Shown: piece after piece, positions 9,898 through 18,753 of the stretch
Layout of the letters: each line of letters opens with the position of its first letter
Position numbering within the stretch: the first letter of the stretch is position 1
DNA from: an uncultured Verrucomicrobiae bacterium
GTDB taxonomy: Bacteria > Verrucomicrobiota > Verrucomicrobiia > Chthoniobacterales > UBA10450
Length of the DNA stretch: 64,000 nucleotides
Reading direction: 5' to 3'
Assembly (NCBI GenBank): GCA_963772915.1
Contig: CAVYZI010000006.1
Location: 370,283 to 434,282 of the forward strand
The notes under the pieces: model-generated
Seen by the model: the letters and a program-made list of their open reading frames with translations, nothing else
What the model was told of the DNA's origin: nothing
The model's database searches: none
Translations under genes and position numbers: made by a program

Positions 9898-11990
9898 ATG
9901 ATCAAAACCGCTCTTTGCACCACGCTCAGCCTGCTCTGCGCCGCCTCGCTGCGCGCCCAATCCGAGCCGGCTCAATCGCCCGCTGCCGCCGCAGAGGGAC
10001 AGTCGGCGTCCGAGAAAAATCCGCCGCCGCTCGACCCCAAAAACATGGACACGTCGGTCAAGCCCGGGGACGACTTTTACCGCTACGCCAACGGCAATTG
10101 GATCAAGAACAATCCCGTCCCGCCCGAGTATTCGCGCTGGGGCAGTTTCAACGAGCTGATCGAGAAAAATAACGACGCGCTCCACCAGATCGCGGAGAAA
10201 GCCGCCAAAATCGAGAAGGGCGCCGAGCCCGCGGTGCAAAAGGTGGGCGACTTCTACGCCAGCGGGATGAACGAGGAGGCGATCGACGAGGCGAAAATCC
10301 AGCCCTTGCAGGACGAGCTGAAGCAGATCGACGCGATGAAAGATCGCGACTGACCTGACGAAGGAAATCGGCCATCTCCACAGCATGGGTGTGAGAGCGT
10401 TTTTCGGTTTCACTTCCGGCCAGGATGACAAGAACAGCACGATGGTGATCGCGCAGGCTTTCCAGGGCGGGCTTGGGTTGCCCGATCGCGATTACTACAC
10501 GAAGCAGGACGACGCTTCGAAAAAGCTGCGGAAGCAATACGTCGATCACGTGACGAAGATGTTCACGTCTGCTGGGCGATTCTCCCGAGGATGCGGCGAA
10601 AAACGCCAAGACCGTGATGGAGGTGGAGACCTCGCTGGCCAAGCCGGCCCGCACCCGCGTCGAGCTGCGCGATCCGCAGAAGAATTACAACAAGATGTCG
10701 GTCGCCGACCTGAAGAAGCTGATGCCCGATTTCAAGTGGGACGATTATTTCCAGCAGCTCAACCTTGCGGCCCCGGGCGCGATCAACGTCGGCCAGCCCG
10801 ACTTTTTCAAAGCTGCCGACCAGGTCTTCAAGAACCGTCTCGCTCGACGACTGGAAGACTTATCTGCGCTGGCACCTCGTGCACGGCGCGGCGCCGATGC
10901 TTTCGAAGGATTTCGTCGACGAGAATTTCGCCTTCTATCGGCAAGACCCTGACCGGCGCCGAGAAAATCAAGCCGCGCTGGAAACGCGTCGTCACCACGA
11001 TCGACGACGAGATCGGCGAAGCGCTCGGCAAACTCTATGTCGCCGATTATTTCCCGCCCGAAGCCAAGAAGCGCGCCCTCGAGATGGTGCAACAACCTCA
11101 AGGAAGCGCTCGCCGACCGGATCAAGTCGAACGATTGGATGGATGAGCCGACGAAGCAGGCGGCGCTGAAAAAACTCGCCGCTTTCACGGTCAAGATCGG
11201 TTACCCCGACAAGTGGCGCGATTACTCCACCCTCAAGATCGATCGCGGGCCCTACGTCTCGAACGTCATGCGGAGCGACGAATTCGAAGTCGCGCGCGAG
11301 CTGAAGAAGATCGGCAAACCGGTCGATCGCAGCGAGTGGGGAATGAGCTCCGCCGACCGTCAACGCCTACTACAACCCGAACATGAACGAGATTGTTTTC
11401 CCGGCCGGCATTTTGCAGCCGCCTTTCTTTAATCCCAACGCCGACGATGCGGTGAACTACGGCGGCATGGGCGCGGTCATCGGCCACGAGATGACGCATG
11501 GCTTCGACGATCAGGGCCGGCAATACGACGCCCAGGGCAACCTGCGCGACTGGTGGACGCCGGCTTCCGCCGAAAGCCTTCAGCGAACGCGCCAAGGCCG
11601 TCGTCGACCAATACTCGGCCTACGAGCCGCTCCCCGGTCTGCACATCAACGGTAAGCTCACCCAGGGCGAAAACATCGCCGACATCGGCGGCCTCAAGAT
11701 CGCCTATGCCGCTTTCAAAAAAGCGCAGGCCGCGCATCACGACGACCCGAACAAGAAGATCGACGGCTTTACTCCCGATCAGCGGTTCTTCCTCGCCTGG
11801 GCGCAAATCTGGCGGGCCAATCAGCGCGATCAGGAGACCGAAGCTGCGTCTCAACACCGATCCGCATTCGCCGGGCCGTTTCCGCACCATCGGCCCCGTC
11901 TCCAACATGCCGGAATTCCAAAAAGCCTTCGACCTGCCCGACAACAGCCCGATGGTCCGTCCCGCAAAGGAACGCGCCAACATCTGGTAG
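9898..11990 (+). pseudogene. M13 family metallopeptidase, PepO/neprilysin-like, with 8 frame changes.
   Basis: The recognisable segments are [86 protein letters not shown], the zinc motif [29 protein letters not shown] and the C-terminal PAKERANIW. They are spread across ORFs 9847, 10385, 10614, 10765, 11037, 11383, 11498 and 11553. Confidence 0.85.
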
Positions 11991-12049
11991 GGGCGGCCGG
12001 GCCGCCTCCGGTTATTGGTTAATGGTGTAGAGGCGGCCGTGTCGGCCGC
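11987..12049. repeat. Two tandem REP-like units, each a GTAG followed by a hairpin.
   Basis: The units are GTAGGGGCGGCCGGGCCGCC (11987-) and TGTAGAGGCGGCCGTGTCGGCCGC (12026-12049). The TAG of the first GTAG is the M13 stop codon. Confidence 0.75.
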
Positions 12050-12065
12050 TCCCCCCACTCCGGAT

Positions 12066-12494
12066 TTATCCGCTAACCGCCGCGGCAGGGGCGATCCCAA
12101 ACATCTCCTTCACCGAACCGCGTATCAGCACGATCAACGTGAACACGCCGAGGATGACACCAAACGGAACGAACAAGCATTCCACGCACGCCATCACGAA
12201 CGAAAACCAATAACGGCGACGGCGCGCGATGCAGCGACCCGAGATCACGACGCAGATCGAAAAGGCGATCCCGAGTGAGAAAAGAACGAGGCCAATCACG
12301 ATAAAGATCCAGGCGAAGATCTCGGGAGGCGGGCCACCCTTCTGGTGAGGATCGGGTGGCGCATGCAGGATGAACCACCCCATGGCCGTGTAAAACAGCG
12401 GAAGAAACGAAAACAGCACCGCCAATCCCCCGACGACGTAGTGAAAAATTGCCAGCAACCGGAGGTGTTCTTCGTCCTGGGTTGAGATTGCCAT
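12066..12494 (-). CDS. Hypothetical integral membrane protein with about 4 TM segments.
   Basis: The 142-aa ORF is intact and contains hydrophobic helices: LAIFHYVVGGLAVLFSFLPLFY, IFAWIFIVIGLVLFSLGIAF and VPFGVILGVFTLIVLI. Confidence 0.6.
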   Translation of the reverse strand: MAISTQDEEHLRLLAIFHYVVGGLAVLFSFLPLFYTAMGWFILHAPPDPHQKGGPPPEIFAWIFIVIGLVLFSLGIAFSICVVISGRCIARRRRYWFSFVMACVECLFVPFGVILGVFTLIVLIRGSVKEMFGIAPAAAVSG

Positions 12495-12512
12495 CTGTAA
12501 TCCGAAGGTTGT

Positions 12513-12536
12513 GCGGCCGACGCGGCCGCCTCTACA
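12513..12536. repeat. REP-like unit, an inverted copy of 12026-12049.
   Basis: The reverse complement of GCGGCCGACGCGGCCGCCTCTACA is TGTAGAGGCGGCCGCGTCGGCCGC. This matches 12026-12049 at 23 of 24 positions. Confidence 0.8.
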
Positions 12537-13355
12537 TCATTTCACCACCGTCACTACAAACGCCTGGATCTTCCCGCTGATGTGCCCCTTCCCGAAGCGC
12601 TCCGCCAGCGCTTTGGTCGCGACCACCGTCGCGTCGCTCAGCAACGAGGCATCGCGCTCCTCGATCTCGCTCCGCAGCGGCGTGCCCTGGCAATAGGCCA
12701 TCGCGGCCACGCGCGGTGACCGCGCCTCGCTCCGCGCCGCCACCGTTTCGATCGCGGGCTTGGCGGTGAAGCCGCCCGCCGCCAGGTCGCGCTCCATCGT
12801 CGCGGGATCGTGATATCCGTGCGGCACGCGCGCATGGAAACGCGGCGGATCATCCGGGAAAAGCGACTCGAGCGATTTCGTCACGACATCAGGGAATTCA
12901 TTGGCCTCGATCCGGTCCCAGGTATTGAAAATGAAGACTCCGCCGGGGCGCAAGACCCGGCGCACTTCGGCAAATGCCTTCGCCTTGTCGGGGAAAAACA
13001 TCACCCCGAATCCGCAGACCGCGGCATCGAACGACTCGTCAGGGAAGGGGAGCTTCATCACATCCGCCTGCCGCCATTCCACTGAGCGCGAAGTGCCGAT
13101 CGACCGTGCCTGTTCCAGCATCCCTTCATTCAGATCGGTCGCGATGATGGAGACGCTCTCCGGCAAAGTGGAAGCGAGCGCCCGGGTCACGACCCCGGTG
13201 CCGGCCGCGATCTCGAGCACGTTCGAGGGCGATCGCGCCGCGACTCGCCCGGCCATTTCCGCCGCGTAGGGCTGAAAGACGAGCGGCACGAGGTAGGTCT
13301 CGTAAAGCTTCGGAACCGAACCGGTGAAGACGATATCGCTCTCAGGATTACTCAT
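12537..13355 (-). CDS. Class I SAM-dependent methyltransferase.
   Basis: Motif I is VLEIAAGTGVVTRAL. The DLNEGMLE, FDAAVCGFGVMFF and LRPGGVFIF motifs are also present. Confidence 0.85.
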   Translation of the reverse strand: MSNPESDIVFTGSVPKLYETYLVPLVFQPYAAEMAGRVAARSPSNVLEIAAGTGVVTRALASTLPESVSIIATDLNEGMLEQARSIGTSRSVEWRQADVMKLPFPDESFDAAVCGFGVMFFPDKAKAFAEVRRVLRPGGVFIFNTWDRIEANEFPDVVTKSLESLFPDDPPRFHARVPHGYHDPATMERDLAAGGFTAKPAIETVAARSEARSPRVAAMAYCQGTPLRSEIEERDASLLSDATVVATKALAERFGKGHISGKIQAFVVTVVK

Positions 13356-13419
13356 GGTTTGCTTGCTTCCGTCCGTGATCGAATCAGAACACGAAAAATG
13401 GCGCGAGCAAAATTCCCGT

Positions 13420-13445
13420 TGGAGGGACGTGCGCCGTCACGTCCG
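13420..13445. repeat. GGAGGGACGTG-CGCCGT-CACGTCC hairpin repeat, copy 1.
   Basis: The 26 nt are identical to 16306-16331. A related copy lies at 20665-20705. Confidence 0.85.
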
Positions 13446-13448
13446 TGT

Positions 13449-13871
13449 CTCTCGCTCGATTCGCACAAGGAGTGGATCAAGGACATCAACGAAACGCAGT
13501 CCTGCACGATGAACTTCCCGATCATCGCGGATCCGGACCGGAAAGTGGCGCTGGCTTACGACATGATCCATCCCAACGCGGACGACCAGGCCACGGTCCG
13601 TTCCGTCTTCATCATCGGGCCGGACAAGAAGGTGAAGCTCACCATCACCTATCCGGCCAGCACCGGTCGCAATTTCCTCGAGATCCTGCGCGTCATCGAC
13701 TCGCTCCAGCTCACCGCCAAACACAAGGTGGCGACCCCGGCCGACTGGAAACAAGGCGAGGATTGCATCGTGGTGCCGGCCGTCTCCGATGAGGACGCGG
13801 CCGAAATGTTCCCGAAAGGCGTGCGAAGGATAAAGCCCTACCTCCGCTACACCCCTCAACCAAACCTCTGA
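13449..13871 (+). pseudogene. 1-Cys peroxiredoxin (Prx6-like), 5'-truncated fragment lacking the catalytic Cys region.
   Basis: The sequence LSLDSHKEWIKDINETQ...NFPIIADPDRKVALAYDMIHP...VRSVFIIGPDKKVKLTITYPASTGRNF.EILRVIDSLQL matches residues from about 65 onward of Prx6-type enzymes. There is no PVCTTE region upstream. Homology starts within about 5 nt of the repeat at 13420-13445. Confidence 0.75.
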
Positions 13872-13981
13872 GCGGAAGGCATCGCAGGGAACGACCGGTT
13901 TTCCGCCAGACAGCGGTCCGCCCGGCCCAGTGGGCGGGCCGGGCGTCGCGATGAAATCGCTTCGAGCCGCGAGAAAGCGCG

Positions 13982-14584
13982 CTATCTCGCTTTCACTCGC
14001 GCCGTCGCGGTCCCGCCAAGATTGCTCGTGACCGTGATCATCTGAGGGTTGGCGATGTTTTTGAATTTCCCCCGATAATTACCGCCTCCCTGGTTCATCA
14101 GCATGCCGATGAGCGTGCCGTCGCTGCTCTTCGTGACGGTCAAGACCGCGGTATCATTGCTGTCGGTCGCCTGCACCGTGAGTTGCATGCGCGAGGTAGC
14201 GTAACGGGCGCGCGTGATCTGCACCGTGTCGATGGCTTCGGTCACGGTGACCGTTCCGATCATCCCGCAACAGGCACCGTGCGGTGAGCAGTAGTAGTTG
14301 AAGGTGCCCGCGGTCGTGAAGGTGAAGCTGAAGGTGAAACCAAGATTCTGCACTCCGGAATCCCACATCCCATCAGGATTGCCCGGCGTGCCGGAGGTGG
14401 TGCTGTGGCCATTGGCCGCCCAGACCCATTCGACCGTGTCGCCGACGTGGATATCGACATTCTGCGGGGTGAATTTGAGGCCGCCCGCGCCTACCTGCAC
14501 CTGGAAGGTGGTGGCCCGCGCACCGGCGACCGAGATGAGGGCGACGCAGCAGAATACGAATGTGAATTTGAGATAATGTTTCAT
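13982..14584 (-). CDS. Secreted cupredoxin (plastocyanin/azurin-like type-1 copper) domain protein.
   Basis: There is a signal peptide, MKHYLKFTFVFCCVALISVAGA. The copper-ligand pattern is VEWVWAANGHS...YYCSPHGACCGMIGTVTV (H...C.PH....GM). Confidence 0.75.
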   Translation of the reverse strand: MKHYLKFTFVFCCVALISVAGARATTFQVQVGAGGLKFTPQNVDIHVGDTVEWVWAANGHSTTSGTPGNPDGMWDSGVQNLGFTFSFTFTTAGTFNYYCSPHGACCGMIGTVTVTEAIDTVQITRARYATSRMQLTVQATDSNDTAVLTVTKSSDGTLIGMLMNQGGGNYRGKFKNIANPQMITVTSNLGGTATARVKAR

Positions 14585-14885
14585 GTTTTCCTCCATTTCA
14601 TCGATCATGACGAGCTGGCTTCCGGTTGCGAAGCTCTTTTTCGTAACAATCCGGTTACATTCCAATTCCGCGTATCGCACGAGATGTCGGGGCTCCGCGT
14701 TTGAAGGGGAGACTTTCCCCCTTCGACGATCGCTCCGGGCAGGAAAACGGCACTGCGTCGAACCCTTTTGAGTCGGCCTTCCGAGACTGCTCGCCATTTG
14801 ACGGCGGACTCAACCTCGGCGAGTGCTCGCCGCGACCGGGCCGATCATGGCTCGCAAGCCGCGCGATCATTTCGGCCTAACTATC

Positions 14886-15200
14886 ATGAGCACGTCGGAG
14901 ATTTTGCTGACCGCCATGGCGGTCATCTACACCGTGCCCTACCTCGTCTGGCGGGTCGGCCGCACGGAATACTACGCGCCGTTGGTCGTCGTGCAGATCG
15001 TCGGTGGCATTCTGCTCGGGCCCGGCGTGCTGGGCGCGGCCTTTCCCGAGTATTACCATTTCGTCTTCAATCCACAGGTCATTGGGCAGCTGAACGGCGT
15101 CGCGCAGTGGGCGGTCATGCTCTTCGTCTGGGTGGCGGGAATCGAGCTGGACTTTGGCCAAGCCTGGCGCCACCGGCGCGAGACGGCGGTGACCGCAATG
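14886..15200 (+). pseudogene. Cation:proton antiporter (Kef/CPA2-like), N-terminal fragment only.
   Basis: The sequence MSTSEILLTAMAVIYTVPYLVWRVGRTEYYAPLVVVQIVGGILLGPGVLG...WAVMLFVWVAGIELDF resembles the first about 100 aa of such an antiporter. Homology stops there, and the ORF runs on into unrelated sequence. Confidence 0.6.
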
Positions 15201-15204
15201 GGGC

Positions 15205-15735
15205 GTAGGCCCCGGCCAAAAAGTCGGCGTGATCGGCCTCGGCGGACTTGGCCACATGGCGCCAAGTTCGCGCGTGCCTTCGGCGCCGAAGTTACGCTCT
15301 TTACCACCTCACCAGGGAAGACAGCCGACGCGATGCGCTTGGGCGCGCACGAGGTCGTGATCTCGAACGACAAAGAAGCGATGGAGAAACGGGCGAAGCA
15401 TTTCGATTTCCTCATCGATACCGTTTCCGCGTCGCACGATCTCAACGCCTGCCTCGCGCTCCTGAAACGCGACGGCGCCCTCGTGCTGGTCGGTATTCCG
15501 GCGGACGCGATATCGGTAGACGCCTTCCATTTAATCGCCCCCCCGCAGGCAACTGGCCGGCTCGCTCATCGGCGGGATCGCCGAGACCCAGGAGATGCTC
15601 GATTTCTGCGCCGAGCGAGACATTGCCTGCGACATCGAGCTCATCGCGATCGACCAGATCAACCAGGCCTACGAGCGCATGCTGCAGCGCGACGTGAAAT
15701 ATCGTTTCGTGATCGACATGGCGTCGCTGCGATAG
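15205..15735 (+). pseudogene. Zinc-type NAD(P)-dependent alcohol dehydrogenase, C-terminal half, with 2 frame breaks.
   Basis: The sequence reads GQKVGVIGLGGLGHMA / KFARAFGAEVTLFTTSPGKTADAMRLGAHEVVISNDKEAM...LVLVGIP / [59 protein letters not shown]. The catalytic N-terminal domain is absent. Confidence 0.7.
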
Positions 15736-15746
15736 CAAGCCATGTT

Positions 15747-16286
15747 ATGTCACTCGAATCCGACGAGCCGGAAGCGAAAAAAATGAATTGGGACGCGATC
15801 GATGCGATTTCGCAATTTGTCAGTTCAATCGCCGTCGTCCTCTCGGTGCTTTATCTGGCCAAGGAAGTGCACCGCAGCACGCGCGTGGCCAAGGTGGCCG
15901 CCCAGGACGCCGCCGCCTCCGCGGTCCGTGAGGTGACCAACACCTTCATGGAAAATGCGGACATGTCCCGCATCTGGGGAATCGGGCTGGAGGATCTCAA
16001 AACATTATCGCGCGAAGATCAGGCGCGATTCTTCCACGCCGCTCATCAGTTCCTCAAGGCGCTCGAGACGATTCACTTTCACCAGGTGAATGGGTTGATG
16101 GATCAACAACTCTGGCACGGCTGGCAGGAACTGCTGCGCCATTACATCTCCGCGCCCGGCATCGCCCGCTATTGGGAGATCCGGAGCCAGCTTTTCTCAG
16201 CCCGCTTCCGCGAATTCGTCAACCAACTCGAGCCCGCCGGCGACCGCCGCACCGTCGGCACCCTGCTAGGTCAGGAAGAATTGTAG
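15747..16286 (+). CDS. Hypothetical protein (179 aa).
   Basis: This is the open-frame tail of ORF 14823..16286, starting at ATG 15747 (MSLESDEPEAKKMNWDAIDAISQFVSSIAVVLSVLYLAKE...). I recognise no family. Confidence 0.5.
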   Translation: MSLESDEPEAKKMNWDAIDAISQFVSSIAVVLSVLYLAKEVHRSTRVAKVAAQDAAASAVREVTNTFMENADMSRIWGIGLEDLKTLSREDQARFFHAAHQFLKALETIHFHQVNGLMDQQLWHGWQELLRHYISAPGIARYWEIRSQLFSARFREFVNQLEPAGDRRTVGTLLGQEEL

Positions 16287-16331
16287 GGCGGGCGCTCCGC
16301 CTGCCTGGAGGGACGTGCGCCGTCACGTCCG
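16283..16331. repeat. REP-like GTAG hairpin followed by GGAGGGACGTGCGCCGTCACGTCC, copy 2.
   Basis: TTGTAGGGCGGGCGCTCCGCCTGCC is followed by TGGAGGGACGTGCGCCGTCACGTCCG, which is identical to 13420-13445. Confidence 0.85.
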
Positions 16332-16336
16332 AGTTT

Positions 16337-16708
16337 CTAAACCGGCGAAGCCCCCGACATTCGTCCACGAGCCGACAAATCGCGACCAACCGCCGGCACC
16401 AACCCGCCGACCTGCCCCAGACCGAAGGGAGGCATATTGTGATAGATGTTCTCGGACGAGCCGGCCTTAACCAGATACGTCTCGTGCCAAATGCCGACGT
16501 CGCCGCTGTCGCCGACCGCGCGACTGAAGGCCTGCCAGGCCGGCAAATGTTCGCGCTCCCTGCTCGAAGCGTAGCTGGTCAGGCGCTCAAACGAGCGCCA
16601 GGACTGCACCGAAACGATGGTGCGCTCCAACCAGAAACGGCCGCCGGGGAAGCCCAACTCCGGGTGCGTTGCCAGTTCGGGGATCATCCTCCCCATGGCG
16701 CGTGCCAC
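16337..16708 (-). CDS. DUF4188-like (monooxygenase-family) protein. The N-terminus is uncertain or possibly truncated.
   Basis: The sequence WLPVARAMGRMIPELATHPELGFPGGRFWLERTIVSVQSWRSFERL...HLPAWQAF resembles DUF4188. The frame stays open upstream of the first ATG (..NRLHRRPLKIHQ) with no obvious start codon. Confidence 0.5.
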   Translation of the reverse strand: MARAMGRMIPELATHPELGFPGGRFWLERTIVSVQSWRSFERLTSYASSREREHLPAWQAFSRAVGDSGDVGIWHETYLVKAGSSENIYHNMPPFGLGQVGGLVPAVGRDLSARGRMSGASPV

Positions 16709-17138
16709 CGGCAGCCACTGATGGATCTTGAGCGGGCGTCGGTGCAGGCGATTCGACCTGCTCGCGTTAGAAGTGTTCGAAATTTGTCAGTTGCGAAATC
16801 GTCTTCGTCTTCGTTCTTCGAAAGACGTGGAAAGACGAGGACGAGGACGGGGAGGAATCACCCAAATTGACAATCGGCGAACACTACCTGCTCGCGTAGA
16901 AAGAGCCCTTTTTTGCTTGTCTTTGTCCGTTGCGCTCGACAAAAATTCGCTCATGAACCGATGTTCCCCGTCCGATTTCCCCGGGACGCCCGGGAACCGG
17001 GCGATGCAGCCAACCGCTGGCCGCTCCGATGCCTCCCTTTACTTTATGAAAACACGCCCATTGCAAGCCACGCTCGCTATCGCCAGCGGTGGCTGAGCTC
17101 CGTCTCGTTAGACCTAACCGCATCACCGTCAGCGAACG

Positions 17139-17477
17139 ATGAAAAGTCTCACGATTGCCATTGCCGTCTTGAGTGCCACACTGGCGTCGTGCGTCACTCC
17201 GGAGCCAAAAGCAACACATTCGAGCGCCCAGCTTCTCAACGCCCCCCGTCCGCGCTATCCGGACGCGGCAAAGCCGCACCTTTACGGTGGTGCCGGGATT
17301 TTCCTGCTACATTTCCGGCCAGATGGAACGGTTTCGGCCGTAACGGTCGAAAGGTCCACTGGCCAAAAGGTGCTCGACGAAGCGGCGGTTTATACATTCT
17401 CTCAGTGGCGTTGTCGACCAGGCGCGTATACGGTGGTCAGGATTCCGATGTCTTTCTCCACGCGCGGAGCACATTAG
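17139..17477 (+). CDS. Lipoprotein with a TonB C-terminal-like domain.
   Basis: The lipobox is LSATLASC. The sequence PRPRYPDAAKPHLYGGAGIFLLHFRPDGTVSAVTVERSTGQKVLDEAAVYTFSQWR matches the TonB_C fold signature. Confidence 0.65.
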   Translation: MKSLTIAIAVLSATLASCVTPEPKATHSSAQLLNAPRPRYPDAAKPHLYGGAGIFLLHFRPDGTVSAVTVERSTGQKVLDEAAVYTFSQWRCRPGAYTVVRIPMSFSTRGAH

Positions 17478-17513
17478 TTACCACATGAGGAGTCTAAGGC
17501 CTAGGCTCAACTT

Positions 17514-17840
17514 TGTAGTGCAACATTTGCTAGGTCTGAAGGAAGCATTGATTGGGTGTTTTGTAGCCATGTCTTTTTCGCGGTCGGTTATTAAGCTGCT
17601 CTGCGATTAGGTCGCATTCGCTTTGCGTGACTCGAGCCATCGTTTGACCTTTGGGAAGATACTGCCGGATGAGCCCGTTGGTGTTCTCATTGGTCCCGCG
17701 CTCCCAGCTGTGATGCGGGGTCGCGAAGTGGAACTTGACCGGGTTGACCGCTTCCACCTGGCCATACCAGTGGAACTCGGTCCCATTGTCCGCCGTAGTG
17801 CTCGCAGCCCATTTCGTCGACCCGTCCCGACGCGCTCACG
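17514..17840 (-). pseudogene. IS30 family transposase remnant: the C-terminal about 100 aa plus a terminal inverted repeat.
   Basis: The protein fragment reads DNGTEFHWYGQVEAVNPVKFHFATPHHSWERGTNENTNGLIRQYLPKG...RPRKRHGYKTPNQCF, with a stop codon upstream and no N-terminal domain. The outer end, TGTAGTGCAACATTTGC at 17514, resembles the IS30 terminal repeat TGTAG.... Confidence 0.8.
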
Positions 17841-18009
17841 TTGTGGGAAGCGCATCTCTCCTACTGGGGCGATTGCACTACGTTCTTGCTGCCGCTGGCG
17901 GCTATGGGCTGGTGCGCTCGGTGGTTTGTTTAACAGGGCGGTGCGGGGATCGTGCTTTTCCTGATCGCGCTGTTATTGTAGAACTCTGGTTACGGGGTGA
18001 GTTCGGGAG

Positions 18010-18654
18010 ATGCGCAAGAAACCCAGGTTCTACAGGCAAAGATCTGCATTGCTGATCGCAATTTCAGTCGGGCTGCGCTCTTTCCTTGCGGCCGGGATGG
18101 CCCTCTTCCTGGGCTCGACGGTGTGGGCCGAGGAGGAAGTGGCAACGCCCGCGCCCTATGCCCCCTGCGCCTTCCTTATCGGCGAATGGAACGTCGGCCC
18201 GATCGAGGGGAAGCCGGCGGCCGTCGCGCATTTCCGCTGGGGTCCGGGCAAGACCTGTATCTGGTACTCGGGGGCGCTGCTCGTAAAGGGCAGTGAGCAA
18301 CCCTCATGGGAGGGCCTGTTGGTTTGGAACGGGGTCCATAAAAACCTCGATTTTCTTCTCGTCCTCGACCCGACTCCCGGCCACCTGGTTCAGGAGCAGG
18401 GGACAATGCACCTCGAGCCTGATGGCACCGTGGTCCGAGAGATCACAGCCTTTTACTCCGAAGGCAACCCAGCGCCGCCAAACTGGGACCAGCCTGCGGG
18501 CGTCGAAGGAGCAACCGGGCAATTTCGGCAGACCTTCAAACCGGACGGTCCGGATCGCATCCGCACCGCCGTGATGAGGAAGGCCAGGAACCGCTGGGTC
18601 CCGAATTTCCCGGGGAGCGATCATCTGTTGATGACGAGGCAAGCGACGAAGTGA
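18010..18654 (+). CDS. Hypothetical secreted or membrane-anchored protein.
   Basis: The 214-aa ORF is intact and has an N-terminal hydrophobic segment, LLIAISVGLRSFLAAGMALFLGSTVWA. Confidence 0.5.
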   Translation: MRKKPRFYRQRSALLIAISVGLRSFLAAGMALFLGSTVWAEEEVATPAPYAPCAFLIGEWNVGPIEGKPAAVAHFRWGPGKTCIWYSGALLVKGSEQPSWEGLLVWNGVHKNLDFLLVLDPTPGHLVQEQGTMHLEPDGTVVREITAFYSEGNPAPPNWDQPAGVEGATGQFRQTFKPDGPDRIRTAVMRKARNRWVPNFPGSDHLLMTRQATK

Positions 18655-18753
18655 CGGGCTTGGAAGAGGATCCCCGGTTGTGGCTAGCCTCACGGCTTTG
18701 CCGTCTATCCCGCGGCAATTCGTCTTGTTATCGTTAGGCGCGGAAGACCGGTT

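Noticed and set aside
16795-16850. Similarity between CGTCTTCGTCTTCG...GACGAGGACGAGGACG here and CGTCCTCGTCTTCGTCCTCG at 55050-55080.
   Set aside because: It is low-complexity (GAC/GTC)n-type similarity only. That is not enough to call a repeat family.
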